Assembly: GCF_006345805.1 (NCBI RefSeq)
Contig: NC_042997.1
Span: 119,536,001 to 119,600,000 of the forward strand
Source of the DNA: Octopus sinensis
Lineage: Eukaryota
Direction of reading: 5' to 3'
Length of the DNA stretch: 64,000 bases
The notes beneath the pieces are model-generated. The model did no database searches. It was given only the letters and a program-made list of their open reading frames with translations, and had not been told where the DNA came from. Below are positions 1 to 13,100 of the stretch, one piece after another (position 1 is the stretch's first letter; each line of letters starts with the position of its first letter). A program made the position numbers and the translations under genes.

Positions 1-189
1 AAAATTTCACCTGAAGCCAAATGCATAACATGGATTAGCGAGGATTATAGAGATGTGTTGAAAGCTTTCTATACAGATCAACTAAATCAAAACAATACAC
101 TCATAGAACAAACGGCCCCACACACGCTCACCCCTCAGAAATCATAGCTAGAAGCGAAGGAAATTGTTGCAGGTGACCTAACATGAGAG

Positions 190-1880
190 CATGTCTACGC
201 ATTTCGAGTCACGGCATACCTAATATGCCACTCAGAGGATGCTGGCAACATACTGATCGCCTGGACATTGGAACGCATCCTTCGACAGGAATTTTAATAT
301 GAGACGACCCAACCTGATCGAGCAATAATCCGTTCAAGGCACGACGGAGATAAATGATAACGGAGGCGAGGTAAACATTCGCCACCTCTACCAGATGTTT
401 CAGGGATAACTTACTTTCAGGCCATTTCTGGGTGAGACTGGCCACTTTGTTCGTCACCTCATCCAAATTATTATCAACCTGGAGGTAGGGAGGAAATCAG
501 ACCCCGAGTACTTTAAACGGTCCGTCGGTCCACCGTCCGGCGACGCCGTCCGATGGCATCGTCCTCCCTCTCCAGGAGCCCAACCGCAAACCAAGCTATT
601 TGTCGGCCAAGATTTTAGCCCCTTCAAACGACTTTAGGATGGTGCCGACCTTCTCCACTTCGGAGGCATTACATACAATGACGGTAACGTCGTCTGCGTA
701 AGTTGACACTGCACTTCCTTGTTCCAGTTCGAAAGGGATGCCCCTTAGCTGTTGTAACTTCCACAACAGCGGCTCAAGTGCCAATACGTATAGAAGAGGC
801 GCAGGCAGGCAGCCCTGACGGGCCGAGTGGGCGATGCCAAACGGCTCCGACAGGTAGCCACTTATTTTGAACACTAAACAGGTGCCGCTGTGCACTACAA
901 TAATCCAGCCTCTGAAAACGGATCCGAAACTGCTTTCTTTCACAGTACTTTCCAAGTAACGATGGTCGACCTTATCGACTGCTGTTGATTGATACAAATA
1001 GTCCCAGCCCTCTCTATGATGTATCGCATAATGTGGAAGTTGTGGGAAGACCTGTTCGGGATTATGCACCTTAGGGCTTCTCCAACTACGCTACTGACTA
1101 GCGCAAACCTTTTCGCTAACACTTTGGCCAAAATCTTAAACTCTCTGTTTATCAAAGTTTGGGGCCGAAAATTATAGGCCTCCCCCCTCAGCCATGTCAC
1201 CGCACCTCTGCAAACAGCACTAGGAATTCTCTCGTTCCATTGTTGTTGCAGTAGACACCTGCCAAACAGTCGCCAAACGAATCTGGCATGGATACATAGA
1301 ATTTATAGAGCAGACCATCGAAACCGGGCGATCTGTGACTTGTGCAATCGCTGATCACCTACCAAATTTCAGTGGCTGTTATCGTCCAGGTACGAAGTAA
1401 AGTCCAGTGCGTTCCGCAACCCATCGCTCTCTCTCAGAAGCCGCACACATCTGCTCGTATTCGCGTAGCACGCACAAATCCAGATCTGTCAAAAGCTTGA
1501 TCGTGGTTTTGTTTTCACGTCGCGTCACCACAGTTCGCGCACATCAGACAGCCAAACGGTCCTTAGCTCTAAAAACACAAACTTCGTGTTTCGTTTCCAA
1601 GAAATGATCGAGGGTCATCCTCGCCGCTAACATATCGGTCGTACACCGTTTTTAATCGCTCTTCTAATATAACTACTTCATCCTCTGATCGATCTATTCC
1701 TTTCTATTGCTATCTCCTTGCTAAACGCCATTGATTCTGCTCCAAACGCCCTCTTCAGGGCGGCCCACTACCGATTATTGAAGATGTTCCCCGTCAACTA
1801 TTTCAGTAATCCGGTACCTGTAGTCTTTGTGAGCCGGGAAGGACGCGTTTAACTTCCAGTAACCGGGATCCTATCCATTA
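190..1880 (-). mobile_element. Decayed L1/Tx1-like non-LTR retrotransposon ORF2 fragment (post-endonuclease linker, RT, part of post-RT region)
   Basis: Minus-strand motifs in shifting frames: PGYWKLNASF (~1840-1870), FRPQTLINREFKILAKVLAKR, DKVDHRYL, RQGCLPAPLLYVLALEPLL, YADDVTVIV, WTDGPFKVLGV and LSLKHLVEVANVYLASVIIY. Multiple frameshifts and stops. Confidence 0.85.
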
Positions 1881-1906
1881 ACCGAGATTCCTAACTCAAC
1901 TGTGGT

Positions 1907-2073
<167 letters not shown>

Positions 2074-2074
2074 A

Positions 2075-2900
2075 TTAAATCGCGGAAGGTAAAGAAAATG
2101 TACGGTCAGTTTTCAGGAGATGTGAAGGCCAAGACAGTTACAGATGACCGGTGGCCGTCGAGGAGAAGGAGTGACCTGAAGATAGAGACAGAAGCCATCA
2201 TATGCACAGCTCAGGAGCAACGTTAATGACCAATAGTGACAAATGCAGAATGTGTAGTGAGAGGGGTGAAAATGTACGGCACATCGTTAACGAATGCTCG
2301 AAATTGGCAAAACGCGAACACAAAACACGCCATGACAATGTGGCAAATATGATCCATTAGCAAAGAGCCTACAAAGAGCAAAGATGTGGTATGAGAAAAA
2401 AAAATCTCTATGAATCACCGGAAATCAGATTTGCAAAATCTTGTAGGATGCAATGATCCATTTCGATCACTCGACCAGACATAGGGAACCGGACACTGTT
2501 GTGGTCAATAAAAGAGAAATAACATGTACGATAATCGACATAGGATGCGCCAGTGACAACAGGATCACTGTGAAAGATGAAATAAAAATAAAAAACTATG
2601 ACGATTTGAAGTGGGAATTACAAAGGTTGTCGTCAGTGAAGAGAGTAGACGTGATACCAATAGAAATTGGTGCACTTGGAATTATCAGTACTAAACTACC
2701 AGCATGGAAATATAAGATTGGGTCAGGCGTGAAATTAGAACACTTACAATAATCAGCATTGCTTGGCACTGCAACAATTCTTCGCAGTGTCCTTGAAGCA
2801 TGACCAGTAAACAAGTGTCACCTTACTCTACTGGCTGTAGACAGCTGATACTACTTTGCATCATAACCAGCAAAATTAGCTGTGAGTTTTTATATAATGG
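2075..2900 (+). mobile_element. 5'-truncated, decayed R4/Dong-clade (RLE) LINE, C-terminal part
   Basis: LKIETEAIICTAQEQ, CCHC knuckle CRMCSERGENVRHIVNEC, RHDNVA, PDTVVV..IIDIGCASD, KIKNYDDLKWELQRL and VIPIEIGALG make up a restriction-like endonuclease domain. Confidence 0.85.
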
Positions 2901-3059
2901 TAGTAATAACAATGCTTTTAAATATTACCACAAGGGCAGCAATTTTGAGGAAGGGGTTAAGTCGATTAGATCGACCCAAGTGGACATCTGGTACTTATTT
3001 AATTGAACTCGAAAGAAAGGAAGCGTAGTAGTAGGAGGAGGAGAAGGAGGAGGGGATGT

Positions 3060-3143
3060 AATAATAATAATTATAATTATAACTTTTCTCATCATTACTC
3101 ACCCACTTCCTCCTCCTCCTCCTACTACTACAACAACAACTAT

Positions 3144-3182
<39 letters not shown>

Positions 3183-3222
3183 TACTACTACAACAACAAT
3201 ACTGATAATTATAATCAGTAAT
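3060..3222. repeat. Compound (AAT)/(TCC)/(TAC)/(AAC) microsatellite
   Basis: Direct reading. Confidence 0.9.
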
Positions 3223-3836
3223 TTATAACTACATATTAATGATCTGACAGCAACCAATTAATATTCCACGTTTTATATGCAACATTTTATAGATATTTCA
3301 TTGTTTGCGTTCGTCAATGTTGATGAGCTGTAAATGAACTAATTATATATTTACAAATTGCGAAAATTCTGGATTTGATTTAATCTACTAATTACAGTTA
3401 TCGTAAAACATCTCTTCGAACACTTTCTTATCAGCTTATCTATTCAACGATATATAGAAACGTTATGAATTTGGGTTGCACCAAAATAACAAGAGCTGCA
3501 ACACAAGTTCAACTAACACCTTGATTTCCTACAAACAGGAATAAATACAGTGAATGAAACACATTTATTTGTTAATTAATTCCATTTAAGAAGTGTAGTA
3601 TCTGTGGAAATTGGTAAGTAATTTTTGAACATTATTAACCTTATGTGCTAAAAGTGGAAGTACGTACGTATGTATGCATGTATGTATATAGGTAAGGATA
3701 TTTATATATGACAGAGCACTCAATTCCGTGTGAGATAATTGCCACTTAATGAATGAAGTTGATATAGACACATACAAACACAGTCATGGGCGCGCACACA
3801 CACACATGCGCACACACTTGCAAATGCGCACGCATG

Positions 3837-3871
3837 GATAGCTAGCTAGCTAGCTAGCTAGATAGATAGAT

Positions 3872-3914
<43 letters not shown>

Positions 3915-3971
3915 TAGATAGATATAGATAGATATAGATAGATAGATAGATATAGATAGATATAGATAGAT

Positions 3972-4031
<60 letters not shown>

Positions 4032-4033
4032 TC
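3837..4033. repeat. (CTAG)n grading into (GATA)n microsatellite
   Basis: Direct reading. Confidence 0.97.
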
Positions 4034-4439
4034 AGTGATATTCAGGTGCATTTTTGCGTTTCTAAAGGATGTTTAGATCATGCACGATGTGCTGTCGAAG
4101 CCCGTCCCATTACTGTAATATCCGAACATGAAACTTGAAGTAGTTCATGTGTAATTGCTCTATTCAATGATACTGACGTATTTTGATATTCATGTGTGTA
4201 TGGACATGCGCATCTATATGTGTGGTAATACATGTATCCATTCATCAACCCATACAATCAGACTCACATAGGAATGTTTGTATGTGTTTGTGTGCATGTT
4301 TGTGTGCGCTCACAAGCCGCCTGAAAGAAATTCTCCTTCCATCAAAAGGTCCCGTTTCCATTTCAAGGGCATGTTATTGATATTCAATGCTGTGTTTGAT
4401 ACAAGTTTTTCAAGGGACATTTTGTAAAATGTATCTGTA

Positions 4440-5725
4440 CGAGGGGCGTTCAATAAGTAATGCCCCTGACCCACTTCCCATAGTAGTAGAGCAACGAAAC
4501 TTGGCACAGTTATTAGTCTTTTTCTACATAAGAACCACCCAGAGTTACGCATTTCTCCCATCGTTTGATGCAGCTCTGGAGACCGTTTTTGTAGAAGACC
4601 CCAGCTTGGTCCTCCAACCACGACGTGACTTCAGATATCAAGGCTGCATCATCTGGGAAACGGTTTCCTTTCAAAAACAACTTCATAGCTGGGAAGAGGT
4701 GAAAATCAGAGGGTGCAAGGTCAGGAGAGTAGGGGGATGGGGGAGAAGTTCATAGCTGCTCGCCTGTACTTCTGATCTGGCGAGATGCGAGTTGTGGACC
4801 GGAGCGTTGTCCTGCAGGAGGAGGATACCTTTGCTGATCTTGCCCCGCCTCTTGATTTTGATAGCTTCTCTTAATTTCCTCAAAAGTGAAGCATAATAGG
4901 CTCCTGTAATTGTGGTACCCTTTGCCAGGAAATCTGTCATCACTACTCCGTCCTGGTCCCAGAAGACTGTGAGCATGACCTTGCCAGCGGATGGCTGCAC
5001 CCTTGCCTTCTTTGGAGGGGGTGAGTCACGGTGCTTCCACTGCATTGACAGGGCTTTGGTCTCTGGATCATAGTGATGGACCCAGGTCTCATTCTCTGTA
5101 ATCAGTCTTTTGAAAATTTTTTACTCATCTTCTTGGCACATCTCCAAATTCATCCTCGAGCACTCGACGCTTTCTTGCTTCTGGAAAGGTGTGAGCAACC
5201 TGAGAATCCATCTGGCAAACACCTTTTGCATATGCAAATGGTCATGAATGATACTTTCCACAGATCCGGTACTAATCTTGACCTCATGGGCTATTTGGCG
5301 AATAGTTATGCGTCGATTTTCCAAAATGGCAGCCTCAACTTGACGGACAGATGCCTCATCAATGGCAGAAGCGGGGCGACCAGATCTAGGAGCTGTTTCC
5401 ACAGAATTCCAACTATGTTTGAATTCACGATGCCAGCGTTTTACAAGGTCATATGATGGGGCATCATCACCATAAGTTACTTTCATTTCATCAAAAGTCT
5501 CCCGTGGTGTGCAACCTTTCAAATACAAAAACTGGATCACTGCTCGACACTCAACAGGCTCCATTTCACACTTGACTCAGTTCAAACACCTGTAAATCAG
5601 AAACCACAATTAGTTCAGAGCTGTAATTTGCCACTTAATCTATAGAAATATAAATAATTGCAAAATTTCAGCTAGATCAAACAATTGCAAGTGGATCAGA
5701 GGCATTACTTATTGAATGCCCCTCG
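4440..5725 (-). mobile_element. Full-length (1286 bp) mariner DNA transposon, frameshifted transposase (irritans/mellifera-like)
   Basis: TA target duplications at 4438-4439 and 5726-5727. ~35-bp TIRs CGAGGGGCGTTCAATAAGTAATGCCCCTGACCCAC and its near-perfect inverse. Transposase motifs listed under the next feature. Confidence 0.96.
4540..5564 (-). pseudogene. Mariner (DD34D-type) transposase pseudogene
   Basis: ORFs 5121-5564 (MEPVECRAVIQFL..APRSGRP..HTH) and 4683-5045 (GKVMLTVFWD, LLQDNAPVH, LLPHPP), joined across frameshifts via ITENETWVHH. Confidence 0.92.
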
Positions 5726-6769
5726 TATTTTGTAACTGGATAAGAAAGTACAGCCTTTTTACACAATATTCCTAGTTGAAGATCATATTAATTATGTACC
5801 TCTCTAATCAAACACTGTCATAAGAAGCAGATTTAGCAGGTAATTCTGAAATTTTATATACAACTCTAAGTAATTGTATTTCTTTTTACTTACTCCTTAA
5901 CCTTGTTCTTGTCCCCGATTTTGTGATTGTATTTATTCCACTTAGCCCTGGTCTTATTTTCCTTGTCTTCCCCACCCCCTTAAAACAAATATTACAAGAT
6001 ACCCAAGGCTGAACAACATGTTGGCACGAATGTTCTTGGTCAGGGTTAACTGGATGTTAAACGGTAAGTTATTAATAAACCATTCTAAACATGGGATTAT
6101 AGAATGGAGACAGGTTTGGTGACTTCCTATCCTCACCAAACAAGTCTAAGCAAATGCGATTCTGGATCTCTGACATTAGTTGAGGCTGGCCTGTACTACA
6201 AGTATTGCATCATAAATATGTTCATATATTTTGTCTACTATTTTAACTCATTACTTTCACCCATTCGTTTCTTACGTTCACCTTTGTATATATATCTCCA
6301 CAAATTGGAAACTACTCGTAACATCTCCCTCATTAGACGACCTCTGTTCAATAAAAGAAATTATATATTTGTAGAATTATTGTTCTTATTATTATTAATA
6401 TTAAATTTATATGCGATAAGCTAATTGAGTTAGCATCATTGGCATTCGGTTCCTGTGTTACGACTTATAATTTATCTTGAATATCCTCAAGGTTAAGACG
6501 CAATTCTCGTAATTTAATCTAACCTGTTAAACCGTTAGCTAATATAAATTGAAGAAAACCAACAGAGAAGTTATGGTTTATATAAAGCAAGACTTTACAA
6601 CGGTATTGCTTCGTCTGATCAGTTGGAGGTTTATATCACAATACATAATTATGTATCTCTGTCTGAGAACCTATCTTATATGATTTGGGACTTCGCGTAG
6701 GTTATACCAGATTTAATCATTAATAATGATTTGTTATTTATGCTCAATGTTAAGCAATTTTGAATGGAT

Positions 6770-7150
6770 AAGTTTTAACTCATATCATCGATCTAAGTAC
6801 TTGACTGGTATTTCTTTTTCATGATCCTTGGAGAATGAAACCAAAGTTGACTTAGGCCAGATTTGAATTCAGAAAGTGCAAGAACAAACTCTGCTATTTA
6901 TTCCAATGCCATTACGCTTCTGCCATTCTATCGCCCTTATTTAATTCTTAATAATAGTCTCAAACTTTGGCATAACGTCGGCAATAGGGGAAGGTTTTAG
7001 TACATGACTGGTACTTTATTTTATCGGCCATGAAATGATAAGCGTTAAATTGACTTTACTAGCTTTCGAAATCAGAATGTAAACTACAAGAACAAACAAC
7101 ACATCGATTTATTCTGATGTCCAAACAATTTTGCTAGTCCACCGCCATTA
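6770..7150 (-). mobile_element. Two degenerate copies of tRNA-derived SINE family B
   Basis: Weak similarity to the 52.3-52.9 kb units (ctggtact..tcgacc..gaatga..aaagttgac..atttgaattcagaa). Confidence 0.5.
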
Positions 7151-7378
7151 TTAATCACTAATAATATACATTCATTTTATATGGTAAAATATTACCTTCT
7201 GGTGATACTACCCAGGAATTTTGAATTGTGAAAATCATATAGTAAAATGAACGGTAGAATACAGAATTACGCAAGTATTCTTAGATAGGTTTACATAGTC
7301 ATTTCCACAAGTACATTAAATTAGCTTTACAAAAATATCAGAAGCGTAGTTGACAAAAGTCGATAATGTAATGTGAGC

Positions 7379-7760
7379 AGACGTAGGAGTGGCTGTGTGG
7401 GAAGTAGCTTGCTTACCAACCACATTGTTCCGGGTTCAGTCCTTGGGCAAGTGTCTTCTACTATAGCCTCTGGCCGACCAAAGCCTTGTGAGTGGGTTTG
7501 GTAGGCGGAAACTGAATGAATCCCGTCATATATATGTATATACATATATGTGTGTGTTTGTGTATATATTTGTGTGTCTCCCCCCCAAAAAAAAATTGCT
7601 GTTGTGTTTACGTCCCCGTAACTTAGCGATTCGGCAAAAGAGACCGATAGAAAAAGTACTAGGCTTTTAAAGAATACGTCGTGGGTGTCGATGTCCTCGA
7701 CTAAAGGCAGTGCTCCAGCATGGTCGCAGTCAAATGACTGAAACGAGTAAAAGAGTTAAA
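7379..7760 (+). mobile_element. tRNA-derived SINE family A with internal (TA)/(TG) microsatellite
   Basis: Head GTAGGAGTGGCTGTGTGG (A-box-like) and GGTTCAGTCC (B-box-like), then TTGGGCAAGTGTCTT; tail ..CAGTCAAATGACTGAAAC.AGTAAAAGAG. Four homologous copies in the window. Confidence 0.88.
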
Positions 7761-8298
7761 GAGAGAGACGTAAGAAATTACTGTAAAAGATTTTTGCAAA
7801 AAGTCCGACTTCATTGCCAACGTGTCACCGGGCACAAATTATTAGTAGTAGCTTTGTGCTCATCAAACAAGGCTAAATATTTTGGGGTTTTAAGAAAAGG
7901 GAATTTAATCTCCCACAGCATACTAATAAAATCTAGTGAACCGAATTTAGGCGGTTGAAATAAAAATAAAAAAAACATTAAAAGGATTTGTGCTACTTAC
8001 GGCAGTTTTGTGAAGAAGTGGTGTCTGCAGATACAATGCTCTGGTTTCGAATCCAATACGAATTAGTACTTTGCTATAGAAATTTCAAAGGCTTAACAAG
8101 GGCCAGCAGTTTGTATGAGTTTACCATTTTGTCGTTCTTTTAAACTTGCGATAAAACAAACACCGGTGGTTTGCTGAGATAATTTGCAGACTTATAGGCA
8201 CTCTCATGAAACTGACGCTATTAGAAATTCCTCCAATATTTTTTCCACAAAAAATAAGTAAACAAAACAGGAATAAAATATGTTTATCATCCAGGTAT

Positions 8299-8498
8299 TT
8301 ACTCTCTTACTCTTTTACTCGTTTACTTGTTTCAGTCATTTGACTGGTCATGCCGGAGCACCGCCATTAGTCGAGCAAGTGGAACCAGGACTTCTTCTCT
8401 GTAAGCCTAGTGCTTATTCTATCCTCTAAGTTACAGAGACGTAAACACACCAGCATCGGTTGTCAAGCGATGTTGGGGGGACAAACACAGACACACAA

Positions 8499-8541
<43 letters not shown>

Positions 8542-8718
8542 TATATATACATATATACGACAGGCTTCTTTCAGTTTCCCTCTACCAAATCCACTCACAA
8601 GGCTTTGGTCGGCCCGAGGCTATAGTTGAAGATACTTGCCCAAGGTGCCACGCAGTGGGACTGAACCCAGAACCTTGTGGCTGGTAAGCAAGCTACTTAC
8701 CACACAGCCACTCCTACG
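8299..8718 (-). mobile_element. SINE family A copy (inverted relative to 7379-7760)
   Basis: Reverse complement of the same head, central (CA)/(TA) tract and tail. Confidence 0.88.
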
Positions 8719-10094
8719 TGAATATTCTTTCATTTACACTTCTTTTGAGTAGCCTAAGGAATTCAGAGAGAATGCACATGTTATCTTGAAAACAATCTTA
8801 TAAATAAATGGTTGAACTATAAGGTAAAGCAGATTAATAGTAAAAAATTATTGCAGCAATGAAGATAACTTGGAAACAAATTTTAAAATATTCATAACTT
8901 TTCTACAGTTAAAAGGTCAAACGTAAATCCTATCGAATAGAAAAATAAAGTATTACCGCACAGCTTGACAATACACTTTTGTCATTAGCATTGTCGCTAA
9001 GAGATGTGATACTCAAAGCAACACAATTCTTAAAGCATAAACCAAGAAAATCAATAACTTGTTAAAGATAAAATAGTGAATTTTAGGTCATCAAGTTGAT
9101 ATTTGTAGTGATTCCTTTTGTTACAACTAAGCATGATATAATCAGTCAAAATGACATGTGCAGAGGCAAACACATTGTATTTGTGGTTGCAAAGATTATT
9201 TGGCAACGACGGTATTTCGGGTTCGATGCCACCATGTTGAAAATTAATCGCTTGTCTTTATCACCCGCTCAGGTAAATTTAATAATCCAATGAAAGTCAG
9301 CTGTATGTCAATTTATAGATGTAGCTATTTACAAGAATAAAGAGGTACATATAAACGTTTACATACATACATACATACATACTTACATACATACGTATAT
9401 GTATATATCATTTATGTATGCACATTTAAAGTATATGTGTGTATCTACAAACGCATATTTATGTGTATATGTGCTTAGATATGTGTGCTTATGTGCATGT
9501 GTGTAGACGAGGCCGAAGTCTCAATTTATCTCTCAATCATTCCTAATAACAATACTAATAACCTCCACGAGATATCCGTGCATGCGATTTGGCGTCACGT
9601 TTCAGGGAAATTTGAAAGGTTACCTTCTGTTTGGGTTTCAGAAAGAAACCAGCCTCTCTTGGAATATTTACATTTACATTCCCGATATAAAATTTCAGAA
9701 TTTACCATACTAAAATGACATTTGAAAAAAATCGCGCGTTTTTATTGCGGTTCGGTGTATGGCATAAGGTCTGCAAATCTAACGGAGGCCTCAAAATACA
9801 TTTTAAAATCCACAAAATCAGAACTTAGCTGCAGGTCTTTGTGGTCCAAATCCGATAGGCAATCTGTGTGGGTATCTTTTCAAAACGTTTGGTTTACAAA
9901 TCCACACCAGACACCATGATGGATCTAAGGTGGAGGTACAGGAGGTGGTCGGACTCTGTACAAGGTGTAGACAACCACCTTATGTAGGTATATATATATA
10001 TATATATACATACACACACACATATATACATACACACACACACACGCGCGTGCACACACACACACACACATAAATGTATATGTATAAACAATGT

Positions 10095-10790
10095 GAGGTA
10101 AATGCAAGGTAAATCACAAGAAAACAAATATGTGTATTAATATAGACTTACCTTGTATTGAATATTTCGGGGTTAGGAGCCCATCTTCAAGAAATTGATG
10201 AATGTTGCCGATGTACGTATGCGTGAGCATCTGTGGAGTTGATATGCGCAGAAGGGTGTTGCTATAGCAACCAGGTAGTTTCATGTAACTCTCTTCTATT
10301 GTTGATCTTAATTTTCTTCTGGTGTATGAGGATGGTCTCAGATATTCTAATGTGCACCTGCTCCGCTGTGTTGCCTTATTGTGCACTGTGAATTCCAGGG
10401 TCTAGCATTCCCGTAGAGGTAACTACGCGGAAATGTCTGCCCGCATGTGTTCCTTAATGCGTGTATGCAGCAGGGTCATTGATGGGGTAGTTCGACAATG
10501 TGCACTCCTCAGACTAGTGAGATGTGTTGTTCTTGTACATAGCTTTTCTCGGGGAAGGGTTGGTATACATTATCTCTATGTCGAGTCCTTCCCTGCGGAC
10601 AGCATGCCGTATCGCTGAACTCCACACACGCTCACACACGCGCACATCTATGACATTCGTCAATTTCTAGAAAATGGGCTCATACCCCGACATATTGAAT
10701 ATAAGATAAGTCTATATTAATTCACATATTTGTTTTCTTATGATTCACCATGCATTCATTTCGCATTGATTTGGCCTTACCCGCGATCTT
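10095..10790 (-). mobile_element. Small Penelope-like remnant: decayed GIY-YIG fragment between inverted pseudo-LTR copies
   Basis: 10115-10205 and 10652-10742 are inverted repeats. Minus-strand TTPSMTLLHTRIKEHMR resembles the PLE GIY-YIG motif T.R.LHTRIKEH. Each repeat has an HHR-like motif. Confidence 0.6.
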
Positions 10791-10826
10791 TTATACAACA
10801 TATTCTACAGAATGCCACAGAGTAAT

Positions 10827-10869
<43 letters not shown>

Positions 10870-10877
<8 letters not shown>

Positions 10878-11050
10878 TTAGAGACAAAACCACAATTATG
10901 CAAATCAAACAAAGAAAGACTTAATCCAATACATAAAAAATTTATGTGGGGAATTTAATTTTATTTAATTTATATAAAATTTTTTATGTATTGGATTAAG
11001 TCTTTCTTTGTTTGATTTGCATAATAGTGGTTTTGTCTCTAATTAATATT
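10870..11050. repeat. Near-perfect fold-back palindrome (~76-bp arms, ~28-nt loop) flanked by (TA)n
   Basis: Arm aatattaattagagacaaaaccac..acataaaaaatttat is the reverse complement of 10974-11050 apart from 1-2 differences. A diverged arm homolog lies at ~51790-51880. Confidence 0.92.
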
Positions 11051-11134
11051 ATATAATATTTTACTATAAAATTGGATTCAGTCCTAAATCTGATTTTTCC
11101 CTGTAAATTTGGATTTATTCCCTAATATTTATTA

Positions 11135-11290
<156 letters not shown>

Positions 11291-12539
11291 ACAGTAGTTC
11301 AGAGAGATACGCAGTAAAACAGGGAGATGGAGTAATCAATAATGTTATACATATTCATTGCATATATAGATTCTTATATACGATCATACATATATGTACA
11401 TAAACACGCAGAAACACTGAAATCATACACAAGTGGAAAGGTGTGACAACACGTATATCGTCAGCAATTTAATAAATTGGAAACAATCCCAAAGTCGTCT
11501 TCAGACCGACGAATATATTATTTTATAAATCTAATGCGCTACCTTTTATTTCCATAATTGTATTGATGGATAGGATGGTGCGAAGAAATTATTAGACAAA
11601 GTTTTATTGTTAATTAGCTTATTAAACAGTCGTCGGCTGAAAATATGCTGATTTATCAATACGGCGTGAGTTGTATGAATATATTTACAGCTTATTTATT
11701 CTATATTCAGTGTAGAATTGATAACATGTTCAATTCCGGATGCTAGTGTTGAACGGTTTGAAAATACGCATGTATTTACATTCATATTGTCCTCTGTGAA
11801 TTACATATATGTAATAATTAAGATACATTGCTAAATACACTGAAGTAATGAAATAAATGTGCTAATATGTTATCAGTATGTAATAGTAATTAATATATTA
11901 TGATGATGCAGTTCGTATATACAACTTATTCTAAAGATTACAAAAAGTTTAGGATCTTCGAGAAGTTGTATCTTCTACATAGATATATGAAGATACATCA
12001 ACATATTTATATATTTCGTTCCTTTGCACACATACTATATGACCGTGTGATATGTGTGTGGGTTTGTGCTTGTGTTTATGTGCATGTGTTTTTATGGTAT
12101 ATACATATAGACAGATGTTTTAGGCTCACGTCGTCAGAGGCGATGTTGGCAGGGAGCTGCCGGCAAATTTTCTATAAGCGGCAATATAGTGTAGCAGAGA
12201 CATTAATTCAATGTATTTGGAAGACTATGGTGGAGTATTTTCTCGTGTCCTTAGATGTATTGTCGTTCAGAGGATTTTATTGTCACATCAGTGGAAGCGA
12301 AATAATTTGAAGGCGTTGCGTTAGAATGAGACCTGTGCAGACTGTATTCTATATGGTCCGCAGGGATTAAATAATCAGACGTGTGTTGAAGCAGACAAGC
12401 GCTCAGCGTTAAAAAAGAAGTGCCATCTGCCAGTAGCGTGGAGTTCAGTAATAGTGCTACCGCTGGTGGTGTGAATAAGATAGTTCCGTCCGCCAATTCA
12501 TGGATATTGCAGATTGGCATATTATGTATAGTCTCTCGG

Positions 12540-13100
12540 GAGACAAGGATGGCAACTGGAAGTTCATAGTGAGATCTCTCTTCACGATATGCCACTTGCT
12601 TTGGGGAAAGTAGTTCCGATGTCCTCCGATGCCATCGGATAGCATGAGAGTGGCTCTATAGACTACAGTCTTTGAAAGGCAAGATTCTTTCAGGTAGCAT
12701 CAGGATTTTGATGTTACAGCTTGTGGTGTGGATATGTGATTGCATCAATTGCATCATGCGATATTTGAAGCAATGTTGTTCAGGCAGGTGTCAATGACCG
12801 TTACATTGTGTGTATTGAAGTGTTTATAATACAGCACCTGCAGAGAATATTTCCTCCCAAAAATATGATTTAGAGCCTTTTAGCATGTCTTTTCGACAGG
12901 AATCATGCTATCCTGTTCGTGTTCATCTCACTAGTGGACGGTATTATCTCCCCTTCTTTTATACCGATGAACAATTTCATTCCCTATTCCATGTGTAAAG
13001 ATTGTCCTCTAGAGAACTGACCAAGACAATTCACTTTCATATATCCTACTGGGGAACTGAAGTCACTTGAAATCTCAGTAAATCTATTTAATATGATGTA
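12540..13100 (-). mobile_element. Highly decayed RTE-type LINE 3' remnant
   Basis: Minus-strand SCRKDMLKGS (cf. KR.KD.LK.S) and CLSK..L.SH.HA (cf. RTE C-terminal C2H2 motif). Heavily interrupted. Confidence 0.45.

Noticed and set aside
9560-9800. CpG-containing patch with CRE/E2F/CHR-like words (also 59340-59990)
   Set aside because: Short motifs occur by chance and no associated gene could be identified.
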